Shown here: positions 12,008 through 25,295 of the stretch, one piece after another
Layout of the letters: each line of letters opens with the position of its first letter
Position numbering within the stretch: position 1 is the stretch's first letter
NCBI RefSeq assembly: GCF_006345805.1
Contig: NC_043001.1
Location: 91,884,001 to 91,948,000 of the forward strand
DNA: 64,000 nucleotides
Origin: Octopus sinensis
Taxonomy: Eukaryota
Direction: 5' to 3'
Position numbers and translations under genes: made by a program
The notes under the pieces: generated by a model
Seen by the model: the letters and a program-made list of their open reading frames with translations, nothing else
Told to the model about the DNA's origin: nothing
The model's database searches: none

Positions 12008-13954
12008 GTGAGTTAATAATTAACACTTGTTTATTTAATTAAATTTTATTTTATTTAATCATATCTTATCTGTATTTGCCACTGCCATGTAAGTTAAGTA
12101 AAAGGAAAAAAAGAAAGCAATATAAAATATAAGCAATGAGAACACTGTAGTGGTGGAGGTGGTGATGTTTGAGTATTTTTAGTCGGCTCTGATGTGTATA
12201 AAATGTAAAACCATGTGATAAGAAGATGATGATGGATTAAAAGATGATCTGGTTGGCATTATTCTAGCCATAGGCAGCCTCGATTTTATTGTTGATCATG
12301 CTGTCCAAATACTGTGGCATAAGATCACATTCAGAAAATTTGTCTACTTTTACTCGGTGTGAACACTGTAAAATGAGTACTCCTGCTCAGTAGGTCACAT
12401 GATGATGTGGAGGTTAAGCCATTGTTTTTAGTAGTGTTGTATACGACTGACAAATTGTTTCATTAACTTGCAGCGCTGAGCTAATATCCTGCCAAGGGTT
12501 AAAAAACATTTGATAAACTGGTGCCCTCAGTCAGCCATTGAAATGCCTGTCTTTTTCTATTGTGCAATACTGTCACAACTGGGACAAGCTTCATATCTCA
12601 CCTTACACAGCAGGAAGTGTAACTAACTTTTCCAAAGCAGGTAACGCTTACACAAGAATTCCTTGTAAAAGCCTTGTTTGATAAGGTTTCATTTACAAAC
12701 TTTTGGTACTTTGATCCTATTTCTATTTTCTGACTATCATCGGGCCTCCTTTATTGTAGTAATACAATGACTGAATCATAAGAATTGAAAGAAAGAACTG
12801 AGATTTTTACCACCTCATCCTGAGCTCTCTGTTCCTTTGTTACCAAACTTCTCAAGAAAAATAGTTAATGAAATACATCTGAGTATAGATCAGAAATTTG
12901 AACCTTATTCCTCCACATAGCACTTGTAATTCTACTAGTCAATATTTTGCATATCTCATAAGCTGGATTAAATGTAAAGTTATGTTTAAAAAATAAGCAA
13001 GAATTGTAAGCTGTTTAACACACCTTAAAACAACAATACTGCAAACCTGGCCACTATTCATCAATCACTGTAAACAGTGATTGGTGTATAGTAATCTGGG
13101 ATTCTATGTTACATTCTGTTTATCCTGCTTCTTTCAGGACAGCTGTACATTAGTAGCATTTAATTAACATAATTAACATACCAAGAGTTTGTGAGCTGTT
13201 TACAGACAATAGCCTAATATGATTCGTCAGTTATGTGTGTTAATCAACCCAATCACATTAACCTTTGCAGTTACCGGTACTTTTGAATATTTAAATACAT
13301 GATTTCTTGGAAAGGTTCAAGGTGGAACCTTCTCACGTGTCTCAACACTTTCTTGTGAAAATTTCTCATACGTTGAACCAAAATTAACACTTGTAACCCA
13401 TCTATCTATCACTGTACAGTGAATAAAACTGAAAACCTATGTTATAAATAAAGACTTGGGGACAGAGCAATCTGATACACCCAATCACCTTATGCTCTAA
13501 CATATATGGTAATATGAAATTGAAGTCTCCTTAACATTGTCACGATTTTAATTCCTTCTCTTTTCATTTATATTGCAGCTGTCTTCACAAATTTAACTTC
13601 GGTGTCTTCTTTTTCCTCGTCTGTTAAAAGCGAGAATAGACCCGGTCTGGACTGCCAAATCCAGTGTAAGTACTTCCAGCACTCGTTCCAAAACTAGCCT
13701 CTGACCAACGCTCTACCTAACAACCACTTCATACCATTCTGGCCACATATGTATACAGACAGTCCACAAGCCTCCGGGCAAAGCGTTCCATTTCTACACA
13801 CCTGTCCAACGAGTTAGGCAAAGAACAGGTTTGCTGTCGTGAACTTTGGTCTTTTCTCATGGGTCAGGTATGAACTAAATTTCTGTGTTTAGAGCAGAAA
13901 TATTTTGGTTGTTTCGTAGTTTTGTTCTTTTTTGTTTTTTCCTTCTCTCTTTCT

Positions 13955-14000
<46 letters not shown>

Positions 14001-14710
14001 ACTATCAATTCTATCTCTCTCTGTCTTTACTCTCTCTATCTTTTCTCTCTTTCTCTGTGCTTGTTTATTTGGCTATTAAGTTTTGCTTTTTTTGTTATTT
14101 TGTTTGTTTATTCCCTCCGTTAATTTTGATTTTATTTTCCTACTAGTGGTCACATTTAGAATAGCTGTCTGTCCCCTTTATCAATTTATGTTGTTATTTC
14201 ATCATAATCCTGTTATCTTCTACTTCCTCTTCTGTCTGTAATTGTATTTGTTTGCTTATATAACTCAGCATCACAAAGACAATATTTTCTACAATCAGAC
14301 TTTTATCATGGATTGGAAGATAGTTACATCATCAGACAAAATGCCTTTGCAGTATTTAGTTATTGATCTTTACATTCTGAGTTCAAATCCCACTGAAGTC
14401 AACTTAGCCTTTAATATTTTGTGAGTTAATTAAACTCCCAGTCAAGATCTAATCAACTAACATTTTCCCCACAAATTTATGACCATTGCTTTTATGTTAG
14501 CAATTTGTCTTTGTATTTGTCCCCAGAAACCTTGCCCTTCTGGCAGATTCATTACTACACTACACAAAAAGTTTCACAGCATTTCATCTTGTCTTACATT
14601 CTGAGAGCCATTGAGATCAACTTTACCTTTCATCCTTTCAGGGTTGAACCCTGACATCAATGTAATTGACAAGACCCTCCTAACAAAACTTCAGGCCTAT
14701 AGTAGAAAGG

Positions 14711-14745
<35 letters not shown>

Positions 14746-14757
14746 CTCATCATCATC

Positions 14758-14789
<32 letters not shown>

Positions 14790-17293
14790 TTTATTATTAC
14801 TATTATTATCATCATCTTATAATGTAAAACATTCCAGCCATACCTACTCCATCTTTTATCCATATATGGAAATTTGAGATTATACAACATTCCCTTTTTG
14901 AATTAGTAGTAGTAGTAGTAAAAATTAATGATGATGACAAAGAGAATGGAAAGGATGATGATGATGGTATTGATGTGATGCACTTGTGATATAGAGGAGA
15001 TTAATCATCATACCAATAGTATGATGATTAATGTTGGAGAAAGAGCATTGACACTCATTAGTCTCTTGTTGTTTCTCTTGTAGCCTGGACAAGTGGACAA
15101 TTGGTGCCAGAAGTACCAAGCAATTCAGGTAAATATAACTTTATACACACACACACACCCACATTCTTTTATCTGTTCCTTTAATATTTGTTTTTCCATG
15201 GTAACATGGATTGTTAGAATACACTTTTGAGGCATTCTTTTACAACCAGATGCCTTTCCGGATGTTAACCATTACCTATTTTTCTAGTTAATATAATATA
15301 TATGTGTGTGTGCATACATACACACACATTTGTTGGAATTGATAACTTGAGAAGGAAATACTTTCTTTCCTTGTGGTCCTGAATGACATTCCCTAACCAT
15401 TTAACTTTTATTTCCTTGCCTGTATAATTTTAAACATCCGGAAACATGGTGGTTTTGTTGTTTTCTGAAATCTTTGCTTCATAAGTTTAGGTTTTAATTG
15501 CCTCATTTCTAAAGCTATTTCAGTATCAGGTAAAATACTTACAATTCTTCTTTTGTCATTCTAGGTTCCAACTGCAGTATTGGTCAGACACCAGATTGGT
15601 ATTCCAACAGTGTACCAGGTACTATACCTTTATATATATATATCCTCTGTTTTGTGTAGATAAGAGTGCAATGTTTTTCAGCTGTGTACCTCTCTCTCTC
15701 TCTCTCTCTCTTACACACACACGTGTGCATGCATAAATGGTATATTGCTCTGTAGATTCTCCAATGTATTCTCAGTTATCACACCAGAATAAATTGGAAA
15801 CTTGATCCAGTATGTTCCTGTTTGAGGAACCAGTAACAAATTGTGGATCAGATCACTCTATCAAGTTGACTGACCAAATTTCATTTGATGACATAACAAA
15901 GGAGCCTCAACTTAAGTTACTTGTCCTACTGAAAATAGCATCTAAATCTCCATCAAATCACAACTGTAGACTATATAGTCTTAGATAAAAACCTGAAGAA
16001 AGAATGAACTCACTCACCAAGTACTTCTTCTATGCTCAATTTATGTGTTATTTTAGTTGTCATAAAACAACAATTTAGACATGGACAAACCCCTGTTGTG
16101 TTTCACTCTTCGGTAAGTCTGATCACTTAAAGAAAGAGACCTCATTACAGTCAGTAGAACAGTTAGAAACAGCAGCCAAATTTCACTCATATCATATACT
16201 ACTGTTGTAACAAAGAAATGACATATTAGAAAATATTTTCAAATATAGGTGCAGGAGTGGCTGTGTGATAAGTAGCTTGCTTACCAACCACATGGTTCTG
16301 GGTTCAGTCCCACTGCGTGGCACCTTGGGCAAGTGTCTTCTACTATGGCCTCGGGCCGACCAAAGTTTTGTGAGTGGATTTGGTAGACGGAAACTGAAAG
16401 AAGCCTGTCGTATATATATATATGTGTGTGTGTGTGTATGTTTGTGTGTCTATGTCTGTCCCCCAACATTGCTTAACAACCGATGCTGATGTGTTTACAA
16501 CCCCGTAACTTAGTGGTTTGGCAAAAGGGACTGATAGAATAAGAACTAGGCTTACAAAGAATAAGCCATGGGGTTGATTTCTTTAACTAAAGGTGGTGCT
16601 CCAGCGTGGCCACAGTCAAATGACCGAAACAATTAAAAGAGTAAAAGAGTAAAGAGTAAATATTCAATGTTTGAAAAGATAAGCCTCCCCAAAATTGAAT
16701 GGATAGACTTTAAATGCCTTTGATCAGAGGTCTGCTCAAGTAGGACTGACCTAATTAACTGGATGATAAGCATCAGCTCATTTATTCCACATTTGACAGC
16801 AATTTGCATCATGAGGAAACAGCTTTGGCCCAATTGACATCCAATATACTTGTTAGGAAAATACAAGCCAATGTTGTAATTAGTATAAGGACGAGGAAGA
16901 ATAAAATACTATTAGAGTAATTAAAGATGTAAAAAAAGCTCAAAACAACTCTTAATTGAAAACAGTGAATTAAATAAGTTGATTAATTAATAAAACAAAA
17001 GCAAAAGATTTGTTTGTTTGCACTGGTGCCATGAAAAAGAACTCAGTACAATTTGTATAGTGGTTGGCATTAGGAAGACTATCCAACTGTAGAAACCACA
17101 GCAAAGTGGACACTGGAACATGATGCAGTACCCAGACCACTTGGCTCCTGCAAACTGTGCAACCCATAGCAGCATGGAAGATCGATGTTAAAAGATGACG
17201 ATGATGTTGTTTATGCACACATGTATATTATATATATACAGGAGTGTGTGCTTATGTGTATATAATATATATGTATACATGTATGTGTGTGTG

Positions 17294-17346
<53 letters not shown>

Positions 17347-17530
17347 ATAGGGAGAGTTTATGAAAAAACAAAAGACAAAGACAGGTGGTGTACAAAACAA
17401 ATAGATGTATTAGTATAACACTCAGGAATAGAAAAAAGTCTTTTACGTTTCGAGCTTACGCTCTTCTACAGAAAGGGATACAGAAAAAAACAAGGAGAGA
17501 AAAAAAATGTGTGTACTGGCTAACTATATA

Positions 17531-17602
<72 letters not shown>

Positions 17603-18505
17603 TGTGTACACATATAAATATATATATATTAAAATGCAAAAGGAAAAGATAACCATAAATGAAATGAAAATAGAATTAAATCAATGCAGTGATGTCATCG
17701 TTTACCAGACATTTATTTTTGTTGTTGTTCTTTGTTATTATAATTAATCTAATGCAGTCTATGATGCAATTAGCTACGTATGCAAGTGTCCATATGTGTA
17801 GCGTATGAGATTTTGCATTTGTATATGTTTGTGAGTGAATTAGCATTGTGTGACTTTTATTGTGTGTGTGTGTGTGTTTATATATGCATATATGTGTGTG
17901 TGTGGTATGTGTGTGTGAGTGTTTGTGTGAGCTTATGAGTATAGATGAGCTTGTGTGAGAATATACAAGTATGATATATGTAGGTGTGTATATGAATCTA
18001 TTATTTGTGATTATGTGCATGAGTGTGTGTGTGTGTGTGTGTTTGTGTCTTTCAAGATTTCCTAAACACTGACCTATAGTGTAAGCACATTGTTTGGGAT
18101 GGTCTCACATAGACATAGTTATAAGGTGAGCAACCAACAACAATCTCCTCTTTCTCTCTCTCTTACTTACGTTTTCTAATATATCTCTGTCTCTTGTTTT
18201 TCTCACAACAGAGCCAGTCTGCTACATGTCACTGGAATCTATCATGCCATGTAAGTACAGCTGTGTCTTTTTCTTTTTTTTATGTTCTTTTGTCACATTC
18301 TCTTTTTTTTAAAACATTTTTTCCTTCCTATTTTAGTCTTTTCTTTTTGAATTTTTTTTTTCTATTTTACATTTCTCTTTTCTCTTTTATTGTAAATCTT
18401 TTCATCTCACCTCACATATTTTGATGTCCTTTTGTAAGGGACATCAATAGAATCAATATTTATTTCATCTCAACACAAATATAATCCATCAATGGTGGTG
18501 GGACA

Positions 18506-18537
<32 letters not shown>

Positions 18538-20963
18538 ATGACATGACTCAGTCATATTTTTTTCTTTGAGTAATTTGCTCTGTTGAACTTTATCTTAGGA
18601 TTCAAACTTTGTAAAAGGTCTTTAAAACAATGAAACCTACTTAGAGTTGGGTCACTGGTGATAAATCAATGACATTGTATGTTACATGACACACTGTGCA
18701 GAGTGGGTGGATAAGGTAACATGTAAAAGACTTTAAAGGAATATAAAAATAACAATCTTCCTACATCATGTTTTGAAAAGCATGCATCTGTAGGCATTCA
18801 TCTAAAACTAAAACACTTATATGTATAGATGCAAGCATGGATGTGTAGTAAGAATTTTGCTTCCCAAACACATGGTTCTGGGTTCAATCTCACCATGTTG
18901 CACTTTGGGGAAATGTTTTCCATGGTAGCCACAGTGGATTTGTTAGATGGAAGCTGAAAGGAGCCTGTCATATACACATATATACGTACACGTGTGTGTG
19001 CGTATCTAAATGTGCGTGTCTTTATGTTTGTGTCTGTCTCCTACCACTGTTTGGCCACCAGTATTGGTTTGTTACATCCCCATAGCATTAGTGGTTCAAG
19101 AACAAGAGATGGTAGGATAAGTATCAGGCTTGAGAATACAAGCACTAGGGTCAGTTTATTTGATTAAAACCCTTCAAGGTGTTACCGTAGCATGGCCACA
19201 TCAATAATATAAAACTCTGCTGCCTTTCTCTATTATCTCCTTCTTGTCATATGCAATCTGAAGAAGGGCTGTCTGAAACATTGATTTCCCACTCTCCAAC
19301 GTGTTCTTTCTGCCACTTTAAAAAAAATATAATACACATCTTTCTGATGCAGACCACCAAACACACAGCTGTGTTTGTGTGTGAAATATGAGATAGCATA
19401 GCATCTGAATCGACAGCAGAGTAACCAATTGCTTTCTCACAAATGTCCTTTATATCTGATATGTTACTTCAATGTATTTGAAGGATGCAGTTTGGTTTAC
19501 AATGTCTTTTATGTTTCTCTTCCACAGCAGCAAGAAGCACCAATTCTTCGCCTGCATCCACAACGGGTTCTTTTGCACCAAGTAAGTATTTACTTCTTTT
19601 TTTTTTTTTTAATATTTGTGTGCATGGAATATAAGTGTGTAATTGTCTGCACTCATAATGTATGAAGGAAGTGCGTATGTGGGTTTTATGTATGGGTGTG
19701 TAGACATGTATATATGTGTGTGTGTGAGAGAGAGAGTGATTGATTGTGTGTGTGTGTGTGTGACTTAAATCCAAAAAGTGACAAATAGTAACAAAAATAT
19801 TAAGAAGGTAAAACAGAGGCATGATGTTTAGAGGTTTTCTTGCTGACTCCACAACTCCCGATTATTTTAGTCTAACTGATCGCTCCAAGTACCTACTTTT
19901 CTATGACATCACTGCACTTCCTTTGGTACAAAAATCATCATTCCGTGATACAGAATGATGCTACTAAGTGGGTGAGATGATATCCTGAAATCACGATCAT
20001 CATCACAGTTCTAACATCCATGTTTCCATGAGTCAGATGGAATACTTTTAGACAGATTCTCTGCAGCCATATACCTTTCATGTCATCAATACTCTCCATA
20101 AATGTGTGAACAAAATTCCTAGCAGGTGCAAACCCAATTTTTCAAGAGGATACTCAAAGTGTTTTTATTGCCCCAACCAAATTTATGGGGGAGCACTTGC
20201 ATCCCCTGTTCTTGAACCTATGATATTCTATTTCCTAGCATATTTTTCATGAAAGACTAGATAGAAATAAACAGCATCACTTGTTCATTTACATTTCTCT
20301 TGTGATGTCAAGTAAAGGGGACTCACATACATACACACATGACAGGCTGTGGTAAATTTCTTGCAGTTTCCATCTACAAAATCCACTCACAGCGTAGACA
20401 TTTGTCCAAGGTGCTGCTCAGTGGGATTGAACCAGAAACCATAAATTTGTGAAGGGAAGCTTCTTAGCCATACCCCCATGCTTGCAGCCAAATTATTATA
20501 AGTATTACATGATATTTACTGTCTTGTTCTATCTTTTTCAGCTTACAACAGTTACCCACCTTCGATGGCATCTAACCCAAGCTTCTTTGATCCCAGTAAG
20601 TGTCTTAGTATCACTCTTATCACCCCTGCCTACCCTACATATTTCTTTATGATTTGTTATTATATTTAGTTTCTTCAGCCCTCATCATCTCTGTGTTAGA
20701 ACAATATCTAAAATATCTATTTTTAAACTCCTGTAGTGTACATGTATCTGTGCGTTTGTGTGAATACTTACATTCTGAGCTAAGCTAAGCTATGGGCAGT
20801 AATGCTTGTTACCATTTCCTCAGCAACAACCTGACCCTTAATGCAGTGCTTTTGAAGACAAATGGAGTGAAAACTCCCTTTCAAAGCAATTTGTTTAATC
20901 CAAGCTAGCATGCAAAAATCAAAGGAAAGAACAAACAAACGAACGTATGTACATACGTTGTAC

Positions 20964-21010
<47 letters not shown>

Positions 21011-23594
21011 GCTTCTTTCAGTTTCCGTCAACCAAATCCACTCACAAGGCTTTGGTTGGCCTGAGGCCATAGTAGAAGACACCTGCGCAAGGTGCCACGC
21101 AGTGGAACTGAACCTGGAACCATGTGGTTGGTAAGCAAGCTACTTACCACACAGCGACTCTTGTGCTTATATATATTTATACATCTTTTTTTTTTCTTTT
21201 TTTGCTACAGCTAGTACATCAAGATGTACCCCATCACCATCTTATGAAAATAACAACGGAAGCAACGTCAACAACAACCACAACAGCAACATTACCAACA
21301 ACATTCTCAGCGGCAGTAACAACTGCAGCCCAAGCAACAACACATTAATAAATAAGAAACAAAGATCGTGTAAGAAAATCTCTGGTAAGTTCACTCATCA
21401 ATCTTCCACATTGATGTTATATTTATCATCATGATGAATGATGTTGTTGCCATAGTGATATCATCATCATTGTCATCATCAAATGATTTCAATTGGAATA
21501 CATTTTCACACCTCAGAATGCTTATTTAGTTATCCCTAAGGGCAGAACTCCGACCTCACGGGCTTATGATCTCTTATTACTTTTAAATGATGTACTCAAG
21601 ATGTCTTTATCCAAAGATCCAAAGTGCCTGGTGGTAAAGTGTGGTTTGGAGGTAATTTGGGCACTATTTTTAGCATGTTGACACCACACAAACCAACAAC
21701 TTATTGCTTTGTGTAATATCCATGATGTTCAGTCTCATATCACCTCTGACTGAGCTGGCATATGACCAAGGTGATATGGTGCTGATGCTATGTTAAAATC
21801 ACCCAGTACACCGTAAAATGGTTGGTATCAGCAAGGGCATCCAGCTATTGGAAACATGCCAAAACAGACAGTAGCACTTGGTGCAGTCTTCCGACCTGGT
21901 AGTACTTTTAAACCATCTAACCCATGCCAGCATGGAAAATGGATATCAAATGATGATGATATATGTGTGTGTGTGCATTGTTATTGTTTAGCCCCGAGTT
22001 GTCACTGATATCAAACAAACCTATGATCAAGCACATTCATACCACAATCATCTGTCTTTTTCCAAGAATAGTGTTACGGGGGGGGGGCTACATTATTTCA
22101 ACTTGTCCTATCCTTTTCATGATGAAATAGAATTGTATGTTGTTCTGGTCTGTGTAGTTGAAATCCATTGTTCTGCCAATATATAGGTGTGTCTAAATAT
22201 AGGTTGAAGGTAGCTTAATCACATAGATTACACTGTCAACGTCTATGGACAATGTCTGTCCAATAGACATTCTGAAACACCTGTTTATCTCTTTAATATC
22301 AATTAGCAACCTGTGTGTTTAGTTGTATGTATGTGTGTACATTATATATATATATATATAAGATACAAATTAGCGATAAAACCACTATTATGCAACTCAG
22401 TGATAGACATAAACCAATACATAAATAACAAATAATATAATAATTATTATATTATATATTGATCATTCATTTTTATACTTTCTGAGATCTAGTTATAAGT
22501 TATATGTTTTATAAAAATATATATTATTTGTTATTTATGTATTGGTTTATGTCTATCACTGTTTGAGTTGCATAATAGTGGTTTTATCTCTAATTTGTAT
22601 TTTATATATTTATACTGTGAATAAATTGAATTTTCCCCAGTAAGTTTGGAGTTATACTCCCTATTATCATATATATATATATATATATATATAAAGGTAT
22701 GTAGAAAAATACAACATGGACAAGAACGTATAACTCATAGAAGACGATACAATAAACATGGACAGGACATTCGAACCCCTCAGTCTTCAGTCAAGAACCG
22801 GATCATCGTAGTAATTTCGGCTGATTAATCTTGAGATTACTAGATCACGGCCAGCCCTCCAAGAAAAACTAAGCTGGAAGCGTAGATTTCCTGGAAGAAG
22901 GATCGAATGCATACGAACACCAGGACAGCAAAAGGGACAGATATAAAAAAAAACAAAAAACAATAATGGAATACACACATTTATACACATATGTATATAT
23001 ATATATATATATATAGATATATATATATACATATGTGTATGTGTTTGTGCAATATTTGGATCGATAATTTTTTCCCGTTACCCTCTAAAATTTGAGTCTA
23101 TCAACTAGATTGTTTCTATAAGCACGTGTTCGTTTGCGTGTATGTGTCCGCACGTACATATATAGGTGTGTGGTAGTTTCTATAAGTGTCTTCCTGTCAA
23201 CGACAGGGCTTCTACATACTCACCCAACCAGCTAAAAATAGCAGCCAAACTTCTCTCAGATCACACCTACGTTATATAAGAAAGGGAACATAGAACAATG
23301 TAGTCCTCGACACACAGGACCATAGCAAATAATGGATGAATGGGAAGGCCGTTCGCTACCCACCTCGGATTTAATGTGTAAAAGGGCACAGCATTTCCGA
23401 ATTGGTTCCGGGTTTACTAATGTGATATTATAAGATTTTATTACATTGCGATTTTACTTTAGGCTTGTATAAGGCGGTAATTCTTTGTTATTGTCAATAA
23501 GTGCGCAGTGAGTCACAAAACAAATAATTAAGACATTTTAGATGTGGGGGCTGTCAGAGGTGTCTTTACCCTCTCTCGGGCGCTAACCCCGTTG

Positions 23595-23641
<47 letters not shown>

Positions 23642-25260
23642 AAACACGGGATGGTCACGGCTGAAAAGCTTTTTATCACAGGTCTGTCTACTCGATCAGG
23701 GCTGACCTGAGACTAAACAAGTGTACTTAATCACCCGCGCCCTCATACATATAAATATACAAACACACACAGACGTACAAGCATTCACGTACACTTCACT
23801 TATTTTATATTACTCTGGTACACAAAAAATATTTTCAGTATTTAAACATTCTGATACACACACACACAGTGAATTGAGTAAATAGTTTTTAAAAACAACT
23901 GTATCTATTGGAGGAAAAAAGAATAAAACTAAAAGTAAAAATACTTCTTTGCTGACATCGTGGGTGTAGATGGAACAAAAGCCACCGTGTTGTCACTGAT
24001 AAGGGAGTGCGAGAATGAAAGGAGAAGAAAGAAAGATGTAAAAAAACCGGAAGAAACACGAAATTGTGGTTACAATTTGACTCATCAAATGATGTTTGGT
24101 ATGTCATAACCAGGGGACGTCACTCTGCTATTACTAGTGTACTATAACTTACACGATAACGGCCCTTATTAATTCAGCTTATAATTTGGCTACCACAGAA
24201 TTGTGATAGACATTACGAATTGCAGTATATACCTTTAAGGCCTAAGATCAAATCCTACTAGGGTTGCATTGTATTCCATCTATCAGGAACAGAGAAAATG
24301 TGTATTCCTAATATACTGAAAGCTGATTATATTTTTCTTTGCGACAATGTAACATAATGATTCCCTGATGGGCTTTGTGTTGCTACCTCCTTTTTGAAAC
24401 CCCTCTCTTTCAATTCTCCAATTGAGTTCTCTTCCATTTGTTTTACTTAGGAAACATTGAAACTGTAGTTTGGAATTGGGATGGCTTGTGTACTTATACC
24501 TTGCTATCTTATGGCTAGCATTAAGCTCAGTTTTTCCTTTTGGTTTCAAATTTCGGCACACACACCCCCACCCTCAAAAAAAAAAAAACAGCAATTGCAG
24601 AGGACGGGAATAGTAAATCAAATCAACCCCCAGTATTCAACTGGTATTTATTTTAACGACCTCAAAAGTATGAACTCACAACATAAAGACGAACGAAATG
24701 CTAGCAAGCATTTTGCCCAACTCTATCAGCCCACTGCCTTATCGGGCATTTTTAAATATTAATCTGCTTCTATGCTTTTTTTGGTTTTTCATTTCCACAT
24801 GTTTTTTTTTTAATTATATTTTCTAAATATCAGTATGGCTGGTCCTAGTTCAATTCTTTAGGCTTTAGATCTGTTTATAATAATAATGATAATAATAATA
24901 ATAATAATAATAATTATAATTATTATTATTATTATAATTATTATGATAATAATCCTTTCTACTAAAGGCACAAAATCTTGCAATTTGGGGGAAGGGTGCT
25001 AGTCGATTATATTGATCCCTGTTCTTGATCATGAAAGGATAATAATAATAATAATAATCCTTTCTACTGGAAGCACAAGAGGAAGGGAATGCGTCGATTA
25101 CATCAGCGCCAGTGCATAACTGGTACTTATTTAATCAACCCCGAAAGGATGAAAGGCAAGGTCGACCTCAGTGGAATTTGAACTCAGAACATTGTGGCAG
25201 ACGAAATACCACTAAGCATTTCGCCTGGCGTGCTAACAATACTGCCAGCTAGCCGCCTTC

Positions 25261-25295
<35 letters not shown>

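Noticed and set aside
13666-13867. Read-through extension of exon B with two in-frame TAG codons (possible editing to Trp) and downstream donors
   Set aside because: Both downstream donors (13829, 13868) give phase 2, incompatible with the phase-1 chain, and two editing events would be needed.
19255-19288. CTGAAGAAGGGCTGTCTGAAACATTGATT hammerhead-like string
   Set aside because: Stems I and II are too weak; at best a decayed pLTR relic.
22700-22980. TA-adjacent repeat with CTGAAGA / CTCAAGA...GAAA on the minus strand
   Set aside because: I could not assemble a consistent three-stem fold; left as an unclassified repeat.
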